Shown here: positions 37,108 to 44,415 of the stretch, one piece after another
Numbering within the stretch: the stretch's first letter is position 1
Layout of the letters: every line of letters starts with the position of its first letter
Origin: Oscillospiraceae bacterium
Lineage (GTDB): Bacteria > Bacillota > Clostridia > Oscillospirales > Oscillospiraceae
DNA: 64,000 nucleotides
Direction of reading: 5' to 3'
NCBI GenBank assembly: GCA_017519975.1
Contig: JAFWRM010000053.1
Span: forward strand, 27,176 to 91,175
The notes under the pieces: generated by a model
Told to the model about the DNA's origin: nothing
The model's input: only the letters and a program-made list of their open reading frames with translations
Databases searched by the model: none
Made by a program: the position numbers and the translations under genes

Positions 37108-38046
37108 TTGACCGACCGATACATGGAGCTGACGGCGCCGATCTTCAACGTGCAGACGTACTCCATCCACGACGGCCCCGGCATCCGCGTGACAGTTTTT
37201 GAAAAGGGCTGTCCGCTGCGGTGCCGGTGGTGCGCCAATCCGGAATCCAATCTGGCGCGCCCTCAGCTGATGACCTACGCCGCAAAATGTACGGCGTGCG
37301 GCCGCTGCGTAGCCGTATGTCCGCAGAAGGCCGTTTCCATCGGAGAGCTGCACGACAAGCCCTGTGCCCTCACGGATCGGGCTCTGTGCGTGGAGTGCGG
37401 CGCCTGCGTGGACGTCTGTCCCTGCGAAGCCCGCGAGATCGTCGGACAGGAAAAGACCGTACGCGAGGTATTGGACCAGGTTCTCAGGGACAAGCTGTTC
37501 ATCGACGCCTCCGGGGGCGGCATGACCGTCAGCGGAGGAGAATGCCTCGCCCATCCCGACTTTACCGAGGCCCTGCTGTACGCCGCGAAGGAGCATGGGC
37601 TCCATACGGCCATCGAATCCTCTTCCTTCGCCCCGGAACCCATTTTCGACCAGGTGCTGCGCTATGTGGATCTGGCTCTGCTGGACATCAAGCACATGGA
37701 CTCCAATACCCATCGGGAACTCACGGGAGTGCCGAACGAGCAGATCCTCAGCAACATCCGGCACGCGGTGCGGGATCTGAAGAAGGAGGTCACCGTCCGT
37801 GTCCCCACGATTCCCGGATACAATGATTCCGAGGAAAACATCCGGGCGACGGCCCGATTCGTGAAGGAGGAGCTGGGGCCCGGGGTCGGCGTACATCTGC
37901 TTCCCTACCATCGCCTCGGGGAATCGAAGAACGAAAGCCTCGGCAAGGCCATGGATCTTTCCGTGACCGTCCCGTCCGACGAGCACATGCAGGAGCTGAA
38001 GGCGCTTGTGGAATCCTACGGCCTTTACTGCCAGATCGGCGGCTGA
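37108..38046 (+). CDS. Glycyl-radical enzyme activating enzyme (radical SAM, two extra ferredoxin-type clusters)
   Basis: CPLRCRWCANPES (CX3CX2C) plus CTACGRCVAVCP and CVECGACVDVCP. TTG start 10 nt after AAAGGAG, 25 nt after GRE3. Confidence 0.9.
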   Translation: MTDRYMELTAPIFNVQTYSIHDGPGIRVTVFEKGCPLRCRWCANPESNLARPQLMTYAAKCTACGRCVAVCPQKAVSIGELHDKPCALTDRALCVECGACVDVCPCEAREIVGQEKTVREVLDQVLRDKLFIDASGGGMTVSGGECLAHPDFTEALLYAAKEHGLHTAIESSSFAPEPIFDQVLRYVDLALLDIKHMDSNTHRELTGVPNEQILSNIRHAVRDLKKEVTVRVPTIPGYNDSEENIRATARFVKEELGPGVGVHLLPYHRLGESKNESLGKAMDLSVTVPSDEHMQELKALVESYGLYCQIGG

Positions 38047-38083
38047 ACGGCAAGCATCCGCATATTACATTTTTCTCCCATAA

Positions 38084-38141
38084 ACGGCGGAGGCCGGTGC
38101 GCGACAGAAAACGTTCGCGTACCGGCCTCCGCCGTTTTTTC
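38084..38141 (+). terminator. Strong rho-independent terminator of the GRE operon
   Basis: ACGGCGGAGGCCGGT (38084-38098) pairs with ACCGGCCTCCGCCGT (38121-38135) and is followed by TTTTTT. A second small hairpin (CCGTCCC-GGAA-GGGGACGG) serves the convergent sdaA. Confidence 0.8.
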
Positions 38142-38184
38142 CCCGCCGTCCCGGAAGGGGACGGGCTTCCCTTATCCTCAGTTC

Positions 38185-39417
38185 TCAGAAGATCCTGTCA
38201 AAATTGTCCGGTCCGAGCTGCTCGTAAACGGAATGGATCTGAGCCAGTCCGCCGTGGGCGGTCTCCCGGTATTTTTCATCCATGTCGATCCCCGTCTCGT
38301 ACATCGTCGCGATGACCTCGTCCAGCGAGATCCGCCGGGTATCGGACAGGAAACGGGAGATATTGACCGCGTTGACGACACGCATGGCTCCGATGGCGTT
38401 CCTTTCGATGCACGGGATCTGAACCAGTCCCCTGACCGGGTCACAGGTCAGGCCAAGCTGGTGTTCCATCGCGATCTCCGCGGCGTACTCGATCTCCGCC
38501 AGAGAGAGGCCGTACAGCTGTGCCAGCCCGGCGGCAGCCATGGAGCAGGCGCTGCCGATCTCCGCCTGACAACCGCATTCCGCGCCGGATACGCTGGCGT
38601 TCGTCCGTATGATGTTCCCGATCAGCCCCGCGATCGCCAAAGCGTCAACGATCTCTTCATCGGAAAAGCCCCGGTCATGCTTCATGTAATAGAAAACGGC
38701 AGGGATGATCCCGCAGCTGCCGCAGGTGGGCGCCGTGACCACGATCTGTTCGTCCGCGTTCTCTTCGCTGACGGCAAAGGCGTAGGCCGCCAGCTTCCGG
38801 TCGAACGTGACGTCCGACGGCTCGTTATGGCAGCGCATGGTGTACAGGTGCTTTGCCTTCCGCTCCAGATTCAGGCCCCCGGGCAGGATCCCTTCCGCCG
38901 CCAGTCCCCTGTGCACCGCCTCCTGCATGGCGTTCCATACGGTGAGAAGATACTCCCGGATATCCGGCTGTTCCTTCGAATAGACATATTCCAGGAGAGT
39001 CATGCCGGACTGCCGGCAGGCTTCCCTGAACTGATGAAAGCTTCTTTCGGCATACACATCGGCGTCGTCGGGGGAGGTCTCTCCCTCGATGCGGATGGAG
39101 CCCCCGCCTACGCTCATGATCCGCAGAGCGCCGATCTCGGCCCCGGCCCGTCTGGCGCGGAACCACATGGTGTTCGGATGAGGCAGGTCCTTTTCCTTTT
39201 TGTCCGATACGATCTTCGCCGAAGGAATGACCGTACGGATCGCCTTTCCGGTGCCGTGCCCCTCTCCGGTAAACGCGAGGGAGCCGTACAGTGTGACCTC
39301 GTATTCGTCCGCCTCCGGATAACGCGACGCAAACAGACGCGCCGCGTTGTAAGGGCCGACGGTATGGGAACTGGACGGCCCGTTTCCTATCTTGTATACG
39401 CTTCTTATGCTTCTCAA
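38185..39417 (-). CDS. sdaA: L-serine ammonia-lyase, Fe-S dependent, single-chain (beta-alpha fused)
   Basis: YKIGNGPSSSHTVGP N-terminal motif and CGCQAEIGSAC cluster-region motif. TTG at 39417 lies 9 nt after GGAGG. The longer track ORF (to 39582) runs through the tRNA gene and was rejected. Confidence 0.8.
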   Translation of the reverse strand: MRSIRSVYKIGNGPSSSHTVGPYNAARLFASRYPEADEYEVTLYGSLAFTGEGHGTGKAIRTVIPSAKIVSDKKEKDLPHPNTMWFRARRAGAEIGALRIMSVGGGSIRIEGETSPDDADVYAERSFHQFREACRQSGMTLLEYVYSKEQPDIREYLLTVWNAMQEAVHRGLAAEGILPGGLNLERKAKHLYTMRCHNEPSDVTFDRKLAAYAFAVSEENADEQIVVTAPTCGSCGIIPAVFYYMKHDRGFSDEEIVDALAIAGLIGNIIRTNASVSGAECGCQAEIGSACSMAAAGLAQLYGLSLAEIEYAAEIAMEHQLGLTCDPVRGLVQIPCIERNAIGAMRVVNAVNISRFLSDTRRISLDEVIATMYETGIDMDEKYRETAHGGLAQIHSVYEQLGPDNFDRIF

Positions 39418-39529
39418 AGATCGACACCTCCACAGCAGCCGGCTCCCGTTCCCGCCCGTCCACCGGGCAGCGGGATAAGAAAAAGGGCTGTGCACCGCGG
39501 ATCGGAGATCCACTGTGCAACAGCCCCTT

Positions 39530-39606
39530 TGGTACGCCCGATGCGATTCGAACGCACGACCTTCAGAGTCGGAGTCTGACACTCTATCCAGCTGAGCTAC
39601 GGGCGC
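39530..39606 (-). tRNA. tRNA-Arg (anticodon CCG), CCA encoded
   Basis: The minus strand reads GCGCCCGTAGCTCAGCTGGATAGAGTGTCAGACTCCGACTCTGAAGGTCGTGCGTTCGAATCGCATCGGGCGTACCA. It folds into a cloverleaf by hand: 7-bp acceptor (G1-U72), D arm, anticodon stem TCAGA/TCTGA with loop CTCCGAC, and T arm GTGCG-TTCGAAT-CGCAT. Confidence 0.85.
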
Positions 39607-39674
39607 ATACCTTTTTGCCGCCCGATTATTATATCAAATCGGCTCCGCCGTGTAAAGAGCAAAATCCGTACTTT

Positions 39675-40289
39675 TCAGCGGGGGATGGCCGACTCCAGCG
39701 CTCTGCGCCCCAGCTCCTCGGCCTTTTCTTCCGGAATGAAGAACACGATGGCCGCCAGAATGATGGAGACGCGCTCCTCCGGAGCCGTTTTGATCATTAC
39801 GTCCTGATCCGTAACGGAAAACATCTCCGTCCGCACCTTCTCCGCCGAGGCCTTGATATGGCCGATAACGCCGCCCATCTCATTGACGGCGGCGGCAAAC
39901 TGCTTCAGTCCCTCTCCCAGTCCGAGGCGGATCGCGTCGTAGTCGCCGGTCAGCTCCAGGCTGCCGGATACCACCTTCGCGTCGTCGTGCAGTTTCACCT
40001 GGGTATAGACCACGCCGGGCACTTTCTGCTCATGGAGCTGCTTGTGCTCATGTTCGTGGTCGTGACCGCAGCCGCAGTCATCGCCGTGCTCGTGATGATG
40101 GTGATGGTCGTGATGGTGTTCATCGCAGCCGCCGGTTCCGTCATGCTCATGATGATGGTGATGGTGCTCATGGCAGCCGCAGTGTTCCCCGTGTTCATGT
40201 TCGTGATGGTGGCCGTGCGTATGCTCATGCTCGTGATTCCCGCAGCCGCAGGGCTCCGGCCGCTGTTCCAGGATCTCTTCCTCACTCAT
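39675..40289 (-). CDS. His/Cys-rich metal-binding protein with CobW_C-like C-terminal domain (detached C-terminal half of a COG0523 protein)
   Basis: About 70 N-terminal residues are made of H/E runs punctuated by CGCG/CGC/GGC/CGCG. These are followed by about 120 aa resembling the CobW C-terminal domain. The ATG at 40289 overlaps the upstream TGA (ATGA), and GGAAGGGAG lies 10 nt upstream. Confidence 0.6.
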   Translation of the reverse strand: MSEEEILEQRPEPCGCGNHEHEHTHGHHHEHEHGEHCGCHEHHHHHHEHDGTGGCDEHHHDHHHHHEHGDDCGCGHDHEHEHKQLHEQKVPGVVYTQVKLHDDAKVVSGSLELTGDYDAIRLGLGEGLKQFAAAVNEMGGVIGHIKASAEKVRTEMFSVTDQDVMIKTAPEERVSIILAAIVFFIPEEKAEELGRRALESAIPR

Positions 40290-40885
40290 TCTCCCAGCAC
40301 TCCCTTCCACACGGTCTCTTCCACCGGCTTCAGGCCGGAAATGTGATAGATGTTCGCTTTCGGCTCGAAGGAAAGAATGTCCTTATCCACGGCCTGCACG
40401 GTGGCTTCCTCCACCAGATCGATCTTGTTGACCAGCACGGCGTCCGATCCCTGGATCTGCCCCATGAGCAGATTCTCCATGGGGATGCGCAGCCGGCGCC
40501 AGCGGGACGCGTCTACCAGAACGCCGATGCGGGATTCGATCCCCAGGGCGATCTGAAGGTTCTCCTGGATGCGGATCGGGTAGGCCAGGCCCGTCGTCTC
40601 CACGATCAGCCATTCGGGGTCGTATTCCTTGCGTATCCGGCCGGCCGCGGTCACCATCTCTCCGGACACACTGCAGCAGGCGCAGCCGGCGAACAGGTTG
40701 TCCACCTGGAAGCCTCCGCCCCGCAGGAACGCGTCGTCGATGCCCACCTCACCGATCTCGTTTTCAAGGATCATCACCTTGATCTCCTTGTCCGACCTGC
40801 TGTTTTCCACGATGTAGCGGGCCAGCTGCATCAGACAGGTCGTCTTTCCCGATCCGAGGAATCCTCCGAAGATCAGTACTTTCAT
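40286..40885 (-). CDS. COG0523 (CobW/ZigA/YjiA-type) G3E GTPase domain, stand-alone
   Basis: Walker A GGFLGSGKTT, canonical metal motif GCACC, and the NKIDL specificity motif. It is 199 aa and ends where fused family members continue into a His-rich linker. Confidence 0.8.
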   Translation of the reverse strand: MKVLIFGGFLGSGKTTCLMQLARYIVENSRSDKEIKVMILENEIGEVGIDDAFLRGGGFQVDNLFAGCACCSVSGEMVTAAGRIRKEYDPEWLIVETTGLAYPIRIQENLQIALGIESRIGVLVDASRWRRLRIPMENLLMGQIQGSDAVLVNKIDLVEEATVQAVDKDILSFEPKANIYHISGLKPVEETVWKGVLGE

Positions 40886-40966
40886 GTCACGCTCGCTTCC
40901 TTTCCACAGGGTATTACAATCCGCGCAGGCCCGACGGCGCGGGCCTGCGCGGCACAATGACGCTTC

Positions 40967-41986
40967 TTATTTGTAGAAGGTATGGGAGATCTCGTCGAAG
41001 GTCTCGCTCAGCACCTTGTTCTTGTGGGCGCTGACCGTATCCTTGGGACCGGTTCCCATGAAGCTGCCCATCCAGCAGAAATCGCCGTTGGGAGCCAGCA
41101 TGTTCACGGTGTCGTATACGGACTGGCGGATCTCTTCATCCGTGCAGTCGGCGCTCAGCAGGCGCCCGTCGGCGTGCCAGCCGCCCATGATCGTCAGCTT
41201 GCCGGCGTAGTCCGCCTTGATCTTCTTCAGGTCGTTCATGGGCTGGGCGGGATCCCACGCCGTCACGCCGAAATCGACCATGTCGGGAATGACCGCTTCA
41301 CAGTGGCCGCAGTTGTGGAACGTGATGGGCAGTCCGCGCTCGATGCCGAACTTGGCCTGACGCTTGTAGCAGGGCACCAGGAACTCCCGGTACATGTCCG
41401 GAGAAATGAACATGTTGAGGGCGGAAGCCGTATCGTCCATCATGGTGAACACGTCCGGCTTCACGTAGTCGATGATCTTCTCGGCGACGGTGCAGTAGAA
41501 CGTGCAGATGTAGTCCAGCAGAGCCTCGACCTCTTCCGGCTCTTCATAGAACATCATCAGGCCGTCCTCAAATCCCATGAAGGCCATCAGGTTCTGGAAA
41601 AAGCCGAAATGCAGGTTAAAGGCGATGGCCGTCTCCTCACGGTTGACGCCGCAGTGATCCAGGCTCTTCTTTGCCATGGCTTTCCAGTCGATGCCTTCCA
41701 GGGAGGGCGCCTTGATGACGTCACGCCACTTGGTGATGTCCGGCAGGATGTAGTCCCACGTCTTGGGGATCAGCGCGCCCGCCGTCTCCGGGCTGGAGAT
41801 GTATTCCACGCCCCAGTGATCCTTTCCTCCGCCGCGCCAGCGGTGATCGGCCAGGATCTCCGGTTCCAGGATGCAGTTGGGAGGATTCGAGGGATCCCCA
41901 GGCAGGATGCCGAAGGTATACTTCGGGATGTATTCCGGGATCTGATGATGCAGAGTCCGGAGATAGTTTTCTTTCTGATTGAGCAT
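40967..41986 (-). CDS. URO-D-family (MtaA/CmuA-like) zinc methyltransferase, paralogue 3
   Basis: 339 aa with H-x-C-G (ITFHNCGHC). N-terminal ENYLRTLHHQIPEYIP is similar to paralogues 1 and 2. Confidence 0.8.
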   Translation of the reverse strand: MLNQKENYLRTLHHQIPEYIPKYTFGILPGDPSNPPNCILEPEILADHRWRGGGKDHWGVEYISSPETAGALIPKTWDYILPDITKWRDVIKAPSLEGIDWKAMAKKSLDHCGVNREETAIAFNLHFGFFQNLMAFMGFEDGLMMFYEEPEEVEALLDYICTFYCTVAEKIIDYVKPDVFTMMDDTASALNMFISPDMYREFLVPCYKRQAKFGIERGLPITFHNCGHCEAVIPDMVDFGVTAWDPAQPMNDLKKIKADYAGKLTIMGGWHADGRLLSADCTDEEIRQSVYDTVNMLAPNGDFCWMGSFMGTGPKDTVSAHKNKVLSETFDEISHTFYK

Positions 41987-42058
41987 AATTCCTCTCCATT
42001 CCGCGGCACAGTACCGGGATCCCCGCCCTGCCGCCAGTTTCTTTGTCTTTCCAGTATA

Positions 42059-42241
42059 TCACAGGCTCTGTGTTTCTTCCAAGGGTTTTTTCACTTTTTC
42101 GATCAGGCTGCATACGGACGCGAATTCACAGGCGGGATACAGACAGTCGGTGCTCCATCCGCCGCTCTCCCATTCACAGCACAGCACGCGGCTCCCGTCC
42201 AGCTTGCGGCAGTAACCCGTGACGATGAGTTCGTCCTTCAT
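42059..42241 (-). CDS. 60-aa cysteine-rich protein, unknown function
   Basis: MKDELIVTGYCRKLDGSRVLCCEWESGGWSTDCLYPACEFASVCSLIEKV... contains 6 Cys. Its ATG overlaps the DUF2284 stop as ATGA. Only the last 60 codons of the 136-aa track ORF were kept. Confidence 0.45.
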   Translation of the reverse strand: MKDELIVTGYCRKLDGSRVLCCEWESGGWSTDCLYPACEFASVCSLIEKVKKPLEETQSL

Positions 42242-42777
42242 TCCAGCAGGAAGCAGCCCGTGTAGCAGATCGTATCCTTCCCGTGGTTGTAGGGCACGCC
42301 GTTGGCGGTGCACACCTCGCTCACCACAAGGCCGCAGGCTTCCATGGAGCTGACGAGTTCGTCCGGAAAACGGCAGGGGGCGTCCGGGTAGGTGCAGGTC
42401 TTGCAGCGGGTGCAGGTCCCGGTGCCCATGCCCATCATATCCGGATACATCTCCCGCATGAGCTTCCACATCTTCGAATAATTTTCGCTCTGTTTTTCGG
42501 CCGTCTCCTGGATGGTCTCAAAATCGAAGCTGTCCTCCATCTGGCCCACCGTCTGCACCAGGATGCCGGCGGTATAATTTTTGACTTTGTCCCGCATTTC
42601 CTCCAGCGATCCGCATCCCGGCGGGCAGGCCCAGGATTTTCCGTACATGCCGCAGGTATTGGCTGCGCACATGTCCCTCACCTCAGGCAGAAATCTCAGG
42701 GTAGATACGTCCAGCTTCCCCCAGGAGTTGAATCCGCATTCCTTCGCGATCTCAAACAGTTTTTCGTAGTCAAGCAT
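42238..42777 (-). CDS. DUF2284-like predicted metal/Fe-S-binding protein
   Basis: 179 aa with Cys motifs CAANTCGMYGKSWACPPGCG and GTCTRCKTCTYPDAPCRFP, characteristic of DUF2284. Confidence 0.7.
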   Translation of the reverse strand: MLDYEKLFEIAKECGFNSWGKLDVSTLRFLPEVRDMCAANTCGMYGKSWACPPGCGSLEEMRDKVKNYTAGILVQTVGQMEDSFDFETIQETAEKQSENYSKMWKLMREMYPDMMGMGTGTCTRCKTCTYPDAPCRFPDELVSSMEACGLVVSEVCTANGVPYNHGKDTICYTGCFLLE

Positions 42778-42860
42778 AACAGAACCTCCTTCGGCATTTA
42801 CGCCGCGTTTTATTGTTTCCCTTTTTCCTCTTCATCCTCTTTTCTCATCCGCGCACGGTT

Positions 42861-44405
42861 TCAGTTCTCCCATTCCTCTTCCGGGATGAACATCATCTGC
42901 TCAATGAACTCGTCGTTGAACGTCCGGCTCGTGGAGAGCTCGATGTAGGTGCATCGGGCGCACAGATCCACCACCCTGCGGCGGTCCTTCTCCGACCACA
43001 CCGCCAGGGCCGCGCCTTCGCCGGCCGTATTGCCCATGGTCCTGGCGACCGGCAGGAATTCCTTCGGAAACAGGCCCATCCGCGCGGCGCTGGTCTTGTC
43101 CATGTAGCTTCCGAACCCTCCGCACAGCAGAAAACTCTTCACCTCGGTGACGTTGGCTTCCTTCATCATGGTGCGTATGCCGGCGGCGATGGCGGACTTG
43201 GCCAGCTGCAGCTTGCGCACGTCGTCCGCGGTCACGCACACGCCGGTCGACCGGTCGGCATAGAACACATTCTTTCCGTCCACCGTTCCCATGTATTCCG
43301 TAACGGGGCCCTCCAGTTCATCGGCGCCCAGAAGGCGGCCGCCTTCATCCACGACCCCGTTTTTCAGCATGGCGGCCAGTACGTCCAACAGGCCGGAACC
43401 GCAGATGCCGGTGCTGGGCACATCCCCGATCACATCGATCTCCAGCCTGCCGTCGGTCCAGCGGGCGTGGTTGATGGCGCCGGGCACCGCGGCCATGCCG
43501 TAAGTGATCTCCGCCCCTTCGAAGGCGGGCCCCGCCGCGGTGGCGCACACATACCATTCGTCCCCGTCCTTCAGGCCCATTTCGCCGTTGGTGCCGATGT
43601 CCAGATACACCACCGGCCCGGCTTCCTCGTCCAGATTGCAGGCCATCATTCCGATGGTGATGTCACCGCCCACATAGGAGTGCACGCAGGGGGCCATGAA
43701 GCACATGGTTCCCGGCGCTACGGGCATATCGTCGCCGGCCGGGATCTCCTCCCCGAACAGGCTCACAGGGGTGAAGGGCACCACGCCCATCCCCACGGGG
43801 GAATACCCTGCGAACAGATGCTGCATGATGGTGTTGCCCGCGACGGAAAGATATGTGATCTGTTCCTGCTTTACGCCGGATTTGCGCATGTTTTCACGGA
43901 TCAGATCCGCCAGCTGACCGCGGATCGCGGCCGTCAGCTTTTCATGGCCGTGGGCGGCGCAGTACTGGATGCGGCTGATCACGTCGGCCCCGAACGGGCG
44001 CTGGGCGTTGACGCCGCTGGACGTGGCCACCCTTTTTCCGGTAGGCAGATCCGTCAGATGGGCGACCACCGTGGTGGTGCCGATGTCCACGGCGATGCCG
44101 TAGGGGCCCGTCGTTCCTTCCGCGGAATCACCGGCGCCGTGCCCCTCCTCCGCGATCTTCATCTCGTTCATCTCATCGGGGAGATAAATGTCCGTATCTC
44201 CTTCCAGAAGCGTCGTACAGGCTTTCACCTTTTCCCCGTCGGGGGCAAGCTGCACCAGACATTTGCCGCACTTGCCCTGCCCGCCGCACGGCGCGTCCAG
44301 GAACTCTCCCGCCGCCGTTACGCAGTGCAGCAGGGTATCTCCCACTTTTCCGCTGGTTTCTTTCAGCAGAACGCCGTCGCGAAACAGCCTTACCTTTGCG
44401 TCCAT
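42861..44405 (-). CDS. RACo-type reductive activator of corrinoid proteins (2Fe-2S ferredoxin + ASKHA ATPase; AcsV-like)
   Basis: N-terminal CGGQGKCGKCLV...C plant-type ferredoxin motif, then the ASKHA phosphate motif GIAVDIGTTTVV. 514 aa. Confidence 0.8.
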   Translation of the reverse strand: MDAKVRLFRDGVLLKETSGKVGDTLLHCVTAAGEFLDAPCGGQGKCGKCLVQLAPDGEKVKACTTLLEGDTDIYLPDEMNEMKIAEEGHGAGDSAEGTTGPYGIAVDIGTTTVVAHLTDLPTGKRVATSSGVNAQRPFGADVISRIQYCAAHGHEKLTAAIRGQLADLIRENMRKSGVKQEQITYLSVAGNTIMQHLFAGYSPVGMGVVPFTPVSLFGEEIPAGDDMPVAPGTMCFMAPCVHSYVGGDITIGMMACNLDEEAGPVVYLDIGTNGEMGLKDGDEWYVCATAAGPAFEGAEITYGMAAVPGAINHARWTDGRLEIDVIGDVPSTGICGSGLLDVLAAMLKNGVVDEGGRLLGADELEGPVTEYMGTVDGKNVFYADRSTGVCVTADDVRKLQLAKSAIAAGIRTMMKEANVTEVKSFLLCGGFGSYMDKTSAARMGLFPKEFLPVARTMGNTAGEGAALAVWSEKDRRRVVDLCARCTYIELSTSRTFNDEFIEQMMFIPEEEWEN

Positions 44406-44415
44406 AGCTTCCTCC

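Noticed and set aside
39418-39582. 5' extension of the sdaA ORF to the GTG at 39582 given by the ORF track.
   Set aside because: The extension reads through the tRNA-Arg gene (39530-39606). A TTG with a GGAGG RBS at 39417 gives an N-terminus matching serine dehydratases (..VYKIGNGPSSSHT).
39615-40346. 243-aa plus-strand ORF with a striking Met/Val/Ala-rich, membrane-like segment.
   Set aside because: It is the reverse complement of the His/Glu/Cys-rich coding repeat (CAC/CAT/GAG become GTG/ATG/CTC). The minus-strand gene has an RBS, ATGA coupling and a CobW_C-like domain.
42242-42469. Upstream 76 codons of the 136-aa ORF at 42059-42469.
   Set aside because: They lie out of frame inside the well-supported DUF2284 gene. 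Only the last 60 codons, starting on the ATGA overlap, were kept as a candidate small gene.
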